The notes: generated by a model not told the origin, from the letters alone. A stretch of 63,794 bases of DNA from Fimbriiglobus sp. (GCA_025352235.1 JANXTU010000403.1:1-63794), one strand, 5' to 3'; counted from the first letter of the stretch, positions 54,166-63,485 are shown. Numbers and translations are program-made.

Positions 54166-54894
54166 TCACTTCTTCGCTCCCGGATTCAGCAAATAGGCGA
54201 AGCGGCCCTTCCATTCTTTGGGCACCTCGGCCTTCAGCGTCACCGGTTCGTGAAGCACCGGGTGGAGAAAGGTCAGCGACTTCGCGTGCAGGCCGATGCC
54301 GTGGCCGAAGATCTGCGTCGCCCCGTATTTTTTGTCGCCGAAGATCGGCGCGCCGCGCGAGGCCAGTTGAACGCGCAGTTGGTGTTTGCGACCGGTCATC
54401 GGTCGGAGTTCGAGCAGCATCAAGCCGCCGTGGCGGGCCTTCACTTGGTAGCCGGTGCGGGCGTGCTTGGCCCCTTCGGTGTCCTCGGGCACGACGCGCA
54501 CCAATCGCTGCGAATCGTCGTGGAAGAGCCAATCGTCGAGGGTGCCCCAATCGCCCCACACAAACCCCTTCGGCCGCGCCGGGGCTTCGCTCGCCACGGC
54601 CCAGTAGACCTTCTCCACGGCCCCATCGCGGAACTGCTCGCTGAGCCGCGCCGCGGCCTTGCTGGTCTTGGCGAACACGAGCGCCCCGCTCGTCGGCTTG
54701 TCGAGCCTTTGAACAATGCCGAGGTAGACGTTTCCCGGCTTTTGGTATTTCTCTTTGAGGTAGTCCTTCGCCAAGCGGTCGAAGGTTTCCTCGGTGCCGT
54801 CGAAGTGCGTCGTCGGCCACCCGGCGGGTTTGTTCAACCCGAGGCAGTGGTTGTCTTCGAACAGGATGTCGAGCAACTCGGCGAAGCTGGCCAT
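54166..54894 (-). CDS. RluA-family pseudouridine synthase
   Basis: LNKPAGWPT, catalytic motif VQRLDKPTSGALVFAK, and KHQLRVQLA. The start is chosen at MASFAEL. Confidence 0.85.
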   Translation of the reverse strand: MASFAELLDILFEDNHCLGLNKPAGWPTTHFDGTEETFDRLAKDYLKEKYQKPGNVYLGIVQRLDKPTSGALVFAKTSKAAARLSEQFRDGAVEKVYWAVASEAPARPKGFVWGDWGTLDDWLFHDDSQRLVRVVPEDTEGAKHARTGYQVKARHGGLMLLELRPMTGRKHQLRVQLASRGAPIFGDKKYGATQIFGHGIGLHAKSLTFLHPVLHEPVTLKAEVPKEWKGRFAYLLNPGAKK

Positions 54895-54992
54895 GGCATC
54901 TCCGCACCGAAAGACCTGAGTATACAATCACGGATATGGGATCGACGGATCGCTCGTACTGGGGTGACGCAATCGGATCGGATCAACCCGCC

Positions 54993-55433
54993 GTGAAAGT
55001 TTACTTCGACTGCTGCATCCTTCAACGGCCTATGGATGATCGGACCCAACTCCGCATCGCCCTCGAAGCCGAAGCGATGCTGGGCTTTGTGGCGGCCGCG
55101 GAAACCGGACGTTTGAAGATCGTCTCCTCCGAAGTGTTGTTGCTCGAAGCCAACAAGAACCCCGACCCCCAGAAGCGCGCGTTCGTTTTGGGGATTCTCG
55201 ACGGGGCCGCGCCGATGATCGGATTGGACGCACATATCGAATCGCGTGCCAAACAGTTGGAATCGCGGGGTTTCAAAGCTTTCGATGCTTTGCACATCGC
55301 CACGGCGGAGTCGGCGACCGTATATTGTTTCTGCACCTGCGATGACGGGGTACTCCGCAAGGCGCGGACGCAGACCGATTTGACCGTCCGAATTCTCTCG
55401 CCCTTGGAACTCGCCGACGAGGTGCCGACATGA
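54993..55433 (+). CDS. PIN-domain ribonuclease (type II toxin-like)
   Basis: Acidic quartet pattern: VYFDCCIL, SSEVLLLEA, AFDALHIATA and TCDD. GTG 54993 places beta-1 at the N-terminus. The upstream ATG at 54936 is an alternative start. Confidence 0.7.
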   Translation: MKVYFDCCILQRPMDDRTQLRIALEAEAMLGFVAAAETGRLKIVSSEVLLLEANKNPDPQKRAFVLGILDGAAPMIGLDAHIESRAKQLESRGFKAFDALHIATAESATVYCFCTCDDGVLRKARTQTDLTVRILSPLELADEVPT

Positions 55434-55648
55434 CGAATCCGAATGCGACTTTATCCGAGGTCACCGCGACGGCGATCGCATTGCTCTGCCGCCAAATCGG
55501 GCCGGCGAACACGGCCCGGTTCTTGAATCAATTCCATGGGGGCCGAGGGAATTACACGGAAGACCGCTTGGAGATATTGGGCGATCCGACCGTCGAGGAG
55601 CTGGTCGCCGAAGTGAAATCACGCCGCGAAAGTGCCGCCGGCCGATAA
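55430..55648 (+). CDS. small helical protein downstream of the PIN gene (putative cognate antitoxin)
   Basis: 72 aa. Its ATG overlaps the PIN stop (ATGA). ARFLNQFHGGRGNYTEDR resembles small partners of PIN proteins, recalled from memory and not verified. Confidence 0.5.
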   Translation: MTNPNATLSEVTATAIALLCRQIGPANTARFLNQFHGGRGNYTEDRLEILGDPTVEELVAEVKSRRESAAGR

Positions 55649-55678
55649 CCGGGAATCGCGGCACGGAGCAATCTCACA

Positions 55679-56704
55679 ATGGACACTACCAAGATCAAAA
55701 TCGCCATCCTCGGTGGCTCCGGGTACACCGCCGTCGAACTGATGAAACTGCTGCTGCGGCACCCGCACGCGGAGATCGTCGCCGTAACGTCGCGCCAAGA
55801 GCCGGGCAAGCCGGTGTCGGCGGATCACCCGATCCTGTTCGGCCGGCTCGATCTGCCGATGGAGAACTTCGACGCGGACAAGCTGAAGGCGAAGGGTGTG
55901 ACCTGCGTCTTCGGCTGCCTGCCGCACGGGGCGAGCGCCGAAGCGGTGGCCCCGTTGCTCGAACGCGGGATGCGCGTTGTCGACCTCAGTGCAGATTACC
56001 GGTTGAAGAACCCGGACGAATACCAAGAGTGGTACGGCCATCCGCACCCGGACGTGAAAAACCTGGAGCACGCTGTCTATGGCTTGCCCGAGTTCTTCCG
56101 CGAGGAGATCCGCACGTCGGTGCTCGTCGCCAACCCAGGTTGCTACCCGCAGACGGCTATCCTCGGTCTGGCTCCGCTGATCCGCGACGACCTCATCGAC
56201 CGCGATTCGATCATCATCGATAGCAAGAGCGGCATCAGCGGGGCCGGGCGGACGCCTAAGCTGGCGACACTCTACCCCGAGTGCAACGAGAACTTCTCCG
56301 CGTACAGCGTCGGGGTCCACCGGCATACGCCGGAGATCGAACAGGCCCTCGCCCACGTCGCCGGGTCTCGGTTCCGCGTGCTCTTCACCCCGCACCTGAC
56401 ACCGATGGATCGGGGCATTTTCAGCACAATTTATTCGACGCCGAAGCGGGAGGTCACCGAGGCCGGGCTGCTCGAACTCTTCCGCAGCACTTATGCGAAA
56501 GAACCGTTCGTCCGCGTCCGGAGCACGCTGCCGACGACGAAGGACACGGCCCACACGAACTTCGTCGATCTCGCGGTCCGCTCTGTGCGCGGGCGGATCG
56601 TCGTCCTCGCGGCCGAGGACAATTTGGTCCGCGGCGCCAGCGGCGTGGCGGTGCAGAACTTCAACATCATGCACGGATTCGACGAACGGCTGGGCCTCGG
56701 TTGA
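55679..56704 (+). CDS. argC: N-acetyl-gamma-glutamyl-phosphate reductase
   Basis: KIAILGGSGYTAVELMKLLLRHP, catalytic-Cys block ANPGCYPQ, SGISGAG and LVRGASG. Confidence 0.95.
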   Translation: MDTTKIKIAILGGSGYTAVELMKLLLRHPHAEIVAVTSRQEPGKPVSADHPILFGRLDLPMENFDADKLKAKGVTCVFGCLPHGASAEAVAPLLERGMRVVDLSADYRLKNPDEYQEWYGHPHPDVKNLEHAVYGLPEFFREEIRTSVLVANPGCYPQTAILGLAPLIRDDLIDRDSIIIDSKSGISGAGRTPKLATLYPECNENFSAYSVGVHRHTPEIEQALAHVAGSRFRVLFTPHLTPMDRGIFSTIYSTPKREVTEAGLLELFRSTYAKEPFVRVRSTLPTTKDTAHTNFVDLAVRSVRGRIVVLAAEDNLVRGASGVAVQNFNIMHGFDERLGLG

Positions 56705-57405
56705 TGGACGACGGCGACGAACGCGAGGCATTTTTGAAGGCGATCTTCGACGCTCCGGCCGACGATCTGCCGCGACTCGTCTTTGCCGATTGGCTCGAAG
56801 AGCGGGGCGAGTCGGGCTGGGCAGAATTGATTCGGATGCAATGCCAAGACCATGTACCGAACGGACTCGGATCCGTGAGAGGCTTCCGAAACAATTCCCT
56901 CATGGCGATCTCTGCGGACCAACTCGCTGACGCCACGAATTTCCGATCACTCGCACTTCGTGAGAACCCGGAGTGGTACGGGGCGACAGAATTCAAACTC
57001 ACCAGGGGATTGATCCAAAGCGGCAAGCTGATTCAGACGTTGCTCACCAGTCCCGTGACGGCGCGAATCGTCCGATTCGACTTGTGTGGATCGCTTACCC
57101 ACTTCGGCGGACCTTCGGGGGAATCTGGCGAAGAAACGACCGCCATCGCGTTGCTCCGCGAATACGAATACCGACCCGTCGTCACAGTCCAAGCGGTGGA
57201 AGCCCTCGTCAACTCCCGCGAAGCGCGCCGGATCACGCACCTCGACTTGCGCAACAACGACCTCGACAACGACGCGGCTCGGGCCATCGTGAATTCCAAG
57301 AACCTGATCCGCCTGCAATCGCTCCATCTGTTCGACGGCAACCAACTCCGCGGGCGAACGTGGCAGCAATTGCTCGAACGCTTCGGCCCCGACGTGGTGC
57401 AGTGA
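56704..57405 (+). CDS. TIGR02996 repeat-companion domain protein with LRR-like C-terminus
   Basis: The N-terminus EREAFLKAIFDAPADDLPRLVFADWLEERGESGWAELIRMQC is the TIGR02996 signature. The C-terminus has HLDLRNNDLDNDAARAI..LQSLHLFDGNQL. The ATG shares its A with the argC TGA. Confidence 0.8.
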   Translation: MDDGDEREAFLKAIFDAPADDLPRLVFADWLEERGESGWAELIRMQCQDHVPNGLGSVRGFRNNSLMAISADQLADATNFRSLALRENPEWYGATEFKLTRGLIQSGKLIQTLLTSPVTARIVRFDLCGSLTHFGGPSGESGEETTAIALLREYEYRPVVTVQAVEALVNSREARRITHLDLRNNDLDNDAARAIVNSKNLIRLQSLHLFDGNQLRGRTWQQLLERFGPDVVQ

Positions 57406-58526
57406 TGATGTCGGAACACCGGGCTTTTTTGAACGCGATCTCGGATCGGCCGGAGGACGACCTGCCGCGGCTGGTCTACGCCGACTACCTCGAAGAAACC
57501 GGCGCGCCCGAGCGGGCCGAGTTCATCCGCGTGCAGATCGAACTGGCGAATTTGCCCGAAGGCGACGCGCGGTGGTCGGGGCTCGACGCCCGGCAAAACG
57601 AGCTGCAAAAAGACCGGCCCGATTGGCGGCTCCCGATCCGCGGTATTCAGCGATTCCGACGGGGGTTCGTGGAATCGATCGCGGTGACCGCCGATTGGCT
57701 GATCGACGCGCCGGAACCGGTGTTGCTTCTCGCCCCGATCCGCGAACTGCGCGTCATCAACGCCGACAACTCCGTATCGGCTCTCGCCGGAGTCGCGGGG
57801 TTGGAACGCATCGAAACGCTCGATTTGCGGAACAATAATTTCGGCAAGACCGAACGCCTGACGCGATTTCTCGATGCGGCTCCGTTGAGTTCGATGACCC
57901 GGCTCTTGTTGCAGAACAACCGGATCTGGAGCGACGGCGTGGAAACGCTCATCGGGCACCCGCGCGCCGCCCAATTGCGAACGCTGGATCTTTCGGGCAA
58001 CCCGATCGGCGACGGCGGGGCGGCCCATCTCGCGCAGGCCCTTTCGCTTCAGGATCTCCGCGAGTTGGTCCTGCGCAGTGACGGTCTCGACTGGCGGGAT
58101 CGCATCGCCCGCGACGGGGCCGAAGCTCTCGGCCAGTCGCAATCGCTCGGCGAATTGCGCATGCTCGACCTCGCCGGTCACCTGATCGGTGATAGTGGCT
58201 TGGCGGCGCTGGCGCACGCCGCCGGCTTGCAAAATTTGGAACGCGTCGACGCCTCCTTCAACGACTTGGCCCACGGCGACCCAACGGGATTCGACGGGTT
58301 TTTCCGGGCCAATCCGCGTCCGGCGATGCGGGTCTGGAATCTCGCCGGCAGTTTCATCGGCTTGGTTGCCGCCGCCGGCTTCGCCGTCTGGGATCAACTC
58401 GAAACACTGCGCGAACTGAACCTCGAACGGTGCGGGTGGGAACCGGGTGCCCGCGAATTGATTTTCGACAGCCCGTGGGCTTCTAAAATTCGCATGGGCG
58501 ACCCCACCTCGGGAGAACTGACATGA
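57405..58526 (+). CDS. TIGR02996 repeat-companion domain protein with RNI-type leucine-rich repeats
   Basis: HRAFLNAISDRPEDDLPRLVYADYLEETGAPERAEFIRVQ, then LRRs: LDLRNNNFG, LLLQNNRIWSDG, LDLSGNPIGDGGAAHLA, LDLAGHLIGDSGLAALA. The ATG shares its A with the upstream TGA. Confidence 0.8.
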   Translation: MMSEHRAFLNAISDRPEDDLPRLVYADYLEETGAPERAEFIRVQIELANLPEGDARWSGLDARQNELQKDRPDWRLPIRGIQRFRRGFVESIAVTADWLIDAPEPVLLLAPIRELRVINADNSVSALAGVAGLERIETLDLRNNNFGKTERLTRFLDAAPLSSMTRLLLQNNRIWSDGVETLIGHPRAAQLRTLDLSGNPIGDGGAAHLAQALSLQDLRELVLRSDGLDWRDRIARDGAEALGQSQSLGELRMLDLAGHLIGDSGLAALAHAAGLQNLERVDASFNDLAHGDPTGFDGFFRANPRPAMRVWNLAGSFIGLVAAAGFAVWDQLETLRELNLERCGWEPGARELIFDSPWASKIRMGDPTSGELT

Positions 58527-59200
58527 TGCGATTCGGGTCCGTGTTCGTCGCAATTGCCTTGGCTGTCAACGCACTGTCGGCGGAGCCGGTGAAGCTCGCG
58601 TTGAAAAGCGAGAAGGTCGAATTCCCCGCAGCGCTCGCCGAAGCGCTGAAGCCCGAATTCACGACCGATGCGTTCACGATCAAAGACGGCGATACGGACG
58701 CGATGACGCTTTGGTTTCGCAAAGCGATCCCGGCGAAGGCGAGCGCCGAGCAGATCAAGAACGGCCTGACGTACCGCGAGATTCCCGAAGGGACACTCGT
58801 CGGGTTGGTGAAGTTCGACAAGGCGTTCGTCGACTTCCGCAAACAGGAACTCCCGGCCGGGACCTACACTCTCCGCATCGCCGTGCAGCCCGAAACCGGA
58901 GATCACAAAGACACCGCCCCACACGCCGACTTCGTCTTGCTCAGCCCGATCGCCGACGACGAGTCGCTCGAACCCTTGGAATTGAAGGACTTGGTGCGTC
59001 GCAGTTTGAAAGTGACCGGCAGCGATCACCCCGCCGTCATGCTGCTCTTCCCGCATTTCGGCAAAGACGCCGATGCGAAATTGGTCACAAAAGAGAACGG
59101 CGCACAGTGCCTGCAATTGAAACGGTCGGTGAAATCGGACGCCGGGAAAAGTTCGCTCGGCTTCGGCCTCGTGGTCGCGGGCTTCAGCAAGACGCGGTGA
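58523..59200 (+). CDS. secreted hypothetical protein
   Basis: Signal peptide MMRFGSVFVAIALAVNALSA. Its ATG overlaps the upstream stop (ATGA). Confidence 0.6.
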   Translation: MMRFGSVFVAIALAVNALSAEPVKLALKSEKVEFPAALAEALKPEFTTDAFTIKDGDTDAMTLWFRKAIPAKASAEQIKNGLTYREIPEGTLVGLVKFDKAFVDFRKQELPAGTYTLRIAVQPETGDHKDTAPHADFVLLSPIADDESLEPLELKDLVRRSLKVTGSDHPAVMLLFPHFGKDADAKLVTKENGAQCLQLKRSVKSDAGKSSLGFGLVVAGFSKTR

Positions 59201-59204
59201 ACCA

Positions 59205-61805
59205 TCACTCCGCCCCGGCCGTCGCCTTGCCGACCAGCGGTAGCTTCGCTCCGCCGGTCGGCCGGAGGAACTCGGCGTCGTTCTCTTTATTCACCCCGAG
59301 CGCCGGTCCGTCCACCGCCACGGCGGCCAAACTGATGGTGCCTTCTTTCGAGGCCGCATCGCGGGCGTTGTCGGTCGCTTGGATGCCGGTGGCGTTGCTC
59401 GCCTTTAAAAGAGCCGGGACGTTTGCGAAATAGTTGCGGGAGATCGCCATTTCCTGCGGGCCGGCCAGCGGGCCTTCGAGCGAGACCCCGGCGATTGAGA
59501 GCGAGTGGAACGTGTTCCGTTCCAATTTCACGCCGAAAGGTTTATCCGGCGGGAGCGCTGCGATTTTCAAACCGGTCTCGAAGCCGAGGGCGCGGTTGTT
59601 CCGCAATTCGATCCCGGTCGCCGGCCCTTCGATCGCGAATGCCGCTTTGGCCGGCCCCTCGAATCGGCAGTCCGAGACTTGGATGAACTGATTCGACAGG
59701 AGCGAGTTAGCGTGGATGTTCACACCCGATTCGTACGGCGCGGTTCCGAGAACGCGGGATTTGAAGATCTTCAAGGGCCGGCCCGCTTCCGCCACCGCGT
59801 TGTTGATGCGAAACCCCATCGACTTCGGGTTCTTGACGGTAATGTTCTGGAATGTGACGCCGGGGCAAGTGCCAGATGCGATGAGGGCCGAGTGGGCGAT
59901 GCCGCCGAGTTCGAAGGTGATGCCGTCGATGATCACGTCTTCGACGTTCGTGAGTTGAAGGGCCGTATCGTTACTCGAGTTGGGCGAGACTTTGAAGGTC
60001 CAAGTCACGGGCGTGCCCGGCGCGGCTTCGATCCTCACGTTTTTCAACGGGTTCTTGTTCGGCCCTTCGAGTCGCAATCCGGGGGATTCGTACTGGCCGT
60101 CGAGCAGGATAATCGTGTCGCCCGAGCGCGCCGAGGCGATGGCCTCGCGGATGGTCTTGCGCGTTGCGGTCGGATCGGGCGATGACCCCGAAGCGGTGAC
60201 GTAAATCTTGCGCGATTCGACGGCGGGCGTTTGGGTCGGTTCGGCCTTCACCCACGGCCTCCAGACCAAAAGACCGGCAACCGCCCCGCACCCGATGAGA
60301 AAGAGCACGACGCTGACGCCGAGGATCGGGACGAGGCGTGATTTCGCTTTCGTCGGGCGGGCCGGTTTGGTCGCGGTGCGCGTCGGGCGCGCCGACTTCG
60401 GCGTCGAATCGACCGCGACCGGCTTCACTTTTTTGGAAGAGGGCGTATCCCCGCTCCGGATCGTCTCGGCGCCTTGCAACGATTCCCAAACGGCGGGGAT
60501 GTCCGTGGTTGCATAGACGGCGGCCGGGGAAGTCGCGGGGAGCGGCGCGCTCACATCGCCCAGGGCCTCGGCGAACTGGAGTTGGGCCTGCTTCAGCGCG
60601 ACGGTCGGAACGGGATCGCTCCTGAAGGGCGCCGGCGTGGCGACGATCGAATTGTTGGAGGCGGTCGCGTTCAGCGAAGGGCCCGATCCAGGGGCCGCGC
60701 GGCCGGGGACGCCGCCCATTGCGGCCAGCGACATCTGCGGCATTTCGCGATCGGGCGGTGGCGGGATCGGCGTTTGCACCCACGGGGCCAAGGCGTCCAT
60801 AACCTCCGCCGGGGACTGGTAGCGGTTGGCCGCGTCCTTGGCCATCATCTTGTCGACGATCGCGGCGACCCCCTCGGGCACCTCCGGGCGATAAGCGCGG
60901 ATCGCCTTCGGCACTTTGGTCTGGTGCCAGAGGAGTTTCTGCGCGACCGATCCCTCGGGGAAGGGCGGGAATCCCGTCAGCATGTAATAGAAGGTGCCGC
61001 CCAGGCCGTAGATGTCGGCGCGGATGTCCACGGTGGAACTGTCGATGGCCTGTTCGGGGGCGAGGTAATCGGCCGTGCCCAAGACGCTCTCGTCGAACTT
61101 CTTCGTGAGCATGTCGTCTTCGTCCGGGTTGAAAAACCGGGCGAGGCCCATGTCGAGGATTTTCACGACGCCCGTGCGGTCGACCAAAATATTCGCCGGT
61201 TTGATGTCGCGGTGGACGAGCCCCATTTCGCTCGCGTGGTGCAAGCCGACGGTGGCGCCGAAGATGTAATGGCAGGCGCGCAAGATATCGACGGTGCCGA
61301 ACTTGCGTACGAGATCGTGGAAGTTGATGCCGTCGACGAACTCCATCACGATGAAGTGAAGGTTATCGTCTTGGTCGATGTCGTAGGCGCGGACGAGATT
61401 CGGGTGATCGACTGCGGCGACCGCGCGGGCTTCCCGGTAGAAGCGTTGGAGGGCGGCTGGATCGGTCGATTTCGCGGCGGGCAACACCTTCACCGCGACT
61501 TTTCGCTTCATGAGCTTGTGTTCGCACAAGAACACTTGGCCCATGCCGCCGACGCCGAGCCGCTCCAGCACTTTGTACTTGCCGATGAAGAAGCGCTTCC
61601 ACTTGCCTTGCAGCAGCTGTTCGGCTTGGAAGTACGTCAAGATGCCATCGCGGACCATCAACCCACCGAGCTTACTCGGGTCATTCGGGACGCCCGGTTC
61701 GCTTTCGCCGAGCTTTTTGATGTACGCGCGCAACTTCGGTTCTTCGATAACGCCGCTTTTCAGAATGACATCGGTCAGCTCATCGTTCGAAGCGGGGGCG
61801 GGCAT
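59205..61805 (-). CDS. transmembrane Ser/Thr protein kinase with a right-handed beta-helix ectodomain
   Basis: Hanks kinase motifs: GVGGMGQVF, VAVKVL, HRDIKPANIL, DMGLA, GTADYLAPE. TM helix LVPILGVSVVLFLIGCGAVAGLLVW. The C-terminus has parallel beta-helix-like repeats (NVRIEAAPG.., FQNITVKN.., IQVSDCRFEG.., IELRNNRALG..). Confidence 0.9.
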   Translation of the reverse strand: MPAPASNDELTDVILKSGVIEEPKLRAYIKKLGESEPGVPNDPSKLGGLMVRDGILTYFQAEQLLQGKWKRFFIGKYKVLERLGVGGMGQVFLCEHKLMKRKVAVKVLPAAKSTDPAALQRFYREARAVAAVDHPNLVRAYDIDQDDNLHFIVMEFVDGINFHDLVRKFGTVDILRACHYIFGATVGLHHASEMGLVHRDIKPANILVDRTGVVKILDMGLARFFNPDEDDMLTKKFDESVLGTADYLAPEQAIDSSTVDIRADIYGLGGTFYYMLTGFPPFPEGSVAQKLLWHQTKVPKAIRAYRPEVPEGVAAIVDKMMAKDAANRYQSPAEVMDALAPWVQTPIPPPPDREMPQMSLAAMGGVPGRAAPGSGPSLNATASNNSIVATPAPFRSDPVPTVALKQAQLQFAEALGDVSAPLPATSPAAVYATTDIPAVWESLQGAETIRSGDTPSSKKVKPVAVDSTPKSARPTRTATKPARPTKAKSRLVPILGVSVVLFLIGCGAVAGLLVWRPWVKAEPTQTPAVESRKIYVTASGSSPDPTATRKTIREAIASARSGDTIILLDGQYESPGLRLEGPNKNPLKNVRIEAAPGTPVTWTFKVSPNSSNDTALQLTNVEDVIIDGITFELGGIAHSALIASGTCPGVTFQNITVKNPKSMGFRINNAVAEAGRPLKIFKSRVLGTAPYESGVNIHANSLLSNQFIQVSDCRFEGPAKAAFAIEGPATGIELRNNRALGFETGLKIAALPPDKPFGVKLERNTFHSLSIAGVSLEGPLAGPQEMAISRNYFANVPALLKASNATGIQATDNARDAASKEGTISLAAVAVDGPALGVNKENDAEFLRPTGGAKLPLVGKATAGAE

Positions 61806-61957
61806 CGGCGCATTCTCCGGCGGTCACCGGCTCGGGTCGGGCCCGACGATCCGCGTGCGACGTAAATATAGGGCAAAGGTGGCGCCGGCGCTGGACAAAA
61901 GCGAGTCATAGACGGGAACTTCCCGACCGCAACGTGAAATCGACCGAAATCGGGGGA

Positions 61958-63349
61958 TTATCGGAGGATCAAATACCCTGCGACGGCGAGCAGGCCCAAA
62001 ACAATGGCGAACGTCGCCGCGCCGAGCACCACCATTTGGGGAAGTCGAGACGGGGAACCGGATGCGGGCCGGACGGGGGTTCGGATCGGCGTCGTCGCCA
62101 CGTTCCGGCCCGTCGGCACTTTCGCTTCGGAACTCGCGGCGCCGGGGAGAACCGTGGAATCGACCATCCGCGTCGCCGAACGCGACCCGGCCAGCAGCAA
62201 CTTCGCCGTGCTCCCGCGCATGTTCATGCCGGGGGCGACGCCGTTGAGCACCGCCACGGCGGGGCAGAGGTCGGGCATTTCCCGTTCGGGCGGCGGGCCG
62301 ATGGGTTGGTCGGTCCACGGCGTTAAAGCCGCGACGATTTCGTCCGGGGTCTGATAGCGGGCGTCCGGGTTCTTCCGCATCATCTTGTGGAGCACGGCGA
62401 GCAACTCCGCCGGCACATCTTGGCGGAACTCGCGCACCGACTTCGGTTCCTGCGTTTGGTGGGCGAGTAGTTTCTGGGCGATGGAACCGTCGGGGAACGG
62501 GGAGACCCCCGTCAGCATGAAGTAGAGCGTTCCGCCGAGGCCGTAGATGTCGGCGCGGATGTCGACGACGTCGTTGATCGCCTGTTCCGGCGAAAGATAA
62601 TCGGCCGTGCCGAGAATGGTGTTGTCGTCGAACTTCTGGGTCAATCCGTCGTGGCGATGGTCGAAAAAGCGAGCGAGCCCCATGTCGAGGACTTTGACGA
62701 TGCCGTTGCGATCCAGCAGGAGGTTGCCCGGTTTGATATCGCGGTGGATCAAACCGAGGTCGGCCGCGTGTTGGAGTCCGGCCGCCGCTTGGGCGATGTA
62801 ATGCGCGGCCCGGGTCGGATCGAAGAACTGATTCTGCAGCGAGTCACGGGCGACGATCTCTTGGAGGCTCGTGCCGTCCACGTATTCCATTACGAAGAAA
62901 TGTAGCCCTTCGTATTTGTCGATGTCGTAGGCGCGGACGATATTCGGGTGATCGAGCGCGGCCACAGCGCGGGCTTCGCGGTAGAAGCGCTGCAGCGCCG
63001 TCGGGTCGGACGCGATTTTGTCGACCGGGAGGACTTTGACCGCGACGAGGCGGTGCATGAAGGCGTGTTCGCAAAGGTAGACCGCGCCCATGCCGCCGAC
63101 GCCGAGGAGTTCGAGCAGCCGGTATTTTTCGGCGAGCGTGAACCTTTTGTAGCGGCCCTGCTTCACTTGTTTGACTTGGAACCGCGTGAGTAACCCCGCT
63201 TGGACGAGCGCGCTCGCCAATTGGTCGATCCCGGCCTGCGGGGAGCGCATCCGCAGGACAGCCGACGAGAGTCGGTCTTCCGGGACGAGTCCGCTCTTGC
63301 GGACCATTTCCAAAAAATCGGCCGCGTTCGTGGGAGCAGGCATCGCCAC
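61958..63349 (-). CDS. tail-anchored Ser/Thr protein kinase
   Basis: GVGGMGAVY, VAVKVL, HRDIKPGNLL, DMGLA and GTADYLSPE. One TM helix sits at the extreme C-terminus (VVLGAATFAIVLGLLAVAGYLIL). The N-terminal roughly 60-aa domain is paralogous to that of the neighbouring kinase. Confidence 0.9.
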   Translation of the reverse strand: MAMPAPTNAADFLEMVRKSGLVPEDRLSSAVLRMRSPQAGIDQLASALVQAGLLTRFQVKQVKQGRYKRFTLAEKYRLLELLGVGGMGAVYLCEHAFMHRLVAVKVLPVDKIASDPTALQRFYREARAVAALDHPNIVRAYDIDKYEGLHFFVMEYVDGTSLQEIVARDSLQNQFFDPTRAAHYIAQAAAGLQHAADLGLIHRDIKPGNLLLDRNGIVKVLDMGLARFFDHRHDGLTQKFDDNTILGTADYLSPEQAINDVVDIRADIYGLGGTLYFMLTGVSPFPDGSIAQKLLAHQTQEPKSVREFRQDVPAELLAVLHKMMRKNPDARYQTPDEIVAALTPWTDQPIGPPPEREMPDLCPAVAVLNGVAPGMNMRGSTAKLLLAGSRSATRMVDSTVLPGAASSEAKVPTGRNVATTPIRTPVRPASGSPSRLPQMVVLGAATFAIVLGLLAVAGYLILR

Positions 63350-63485
63350 CCTGACGAATAAGATTTCTGAGAGACTGGTGATTTAGTATTGCGAACAGGG
63401 TGGATCGCGTGCAAGAGTCTAATGCGCATTTCGTATGAAATAATCGGACCGTAGCGCCGACGCCAGAATCCGGAAGAGCCCTCGC

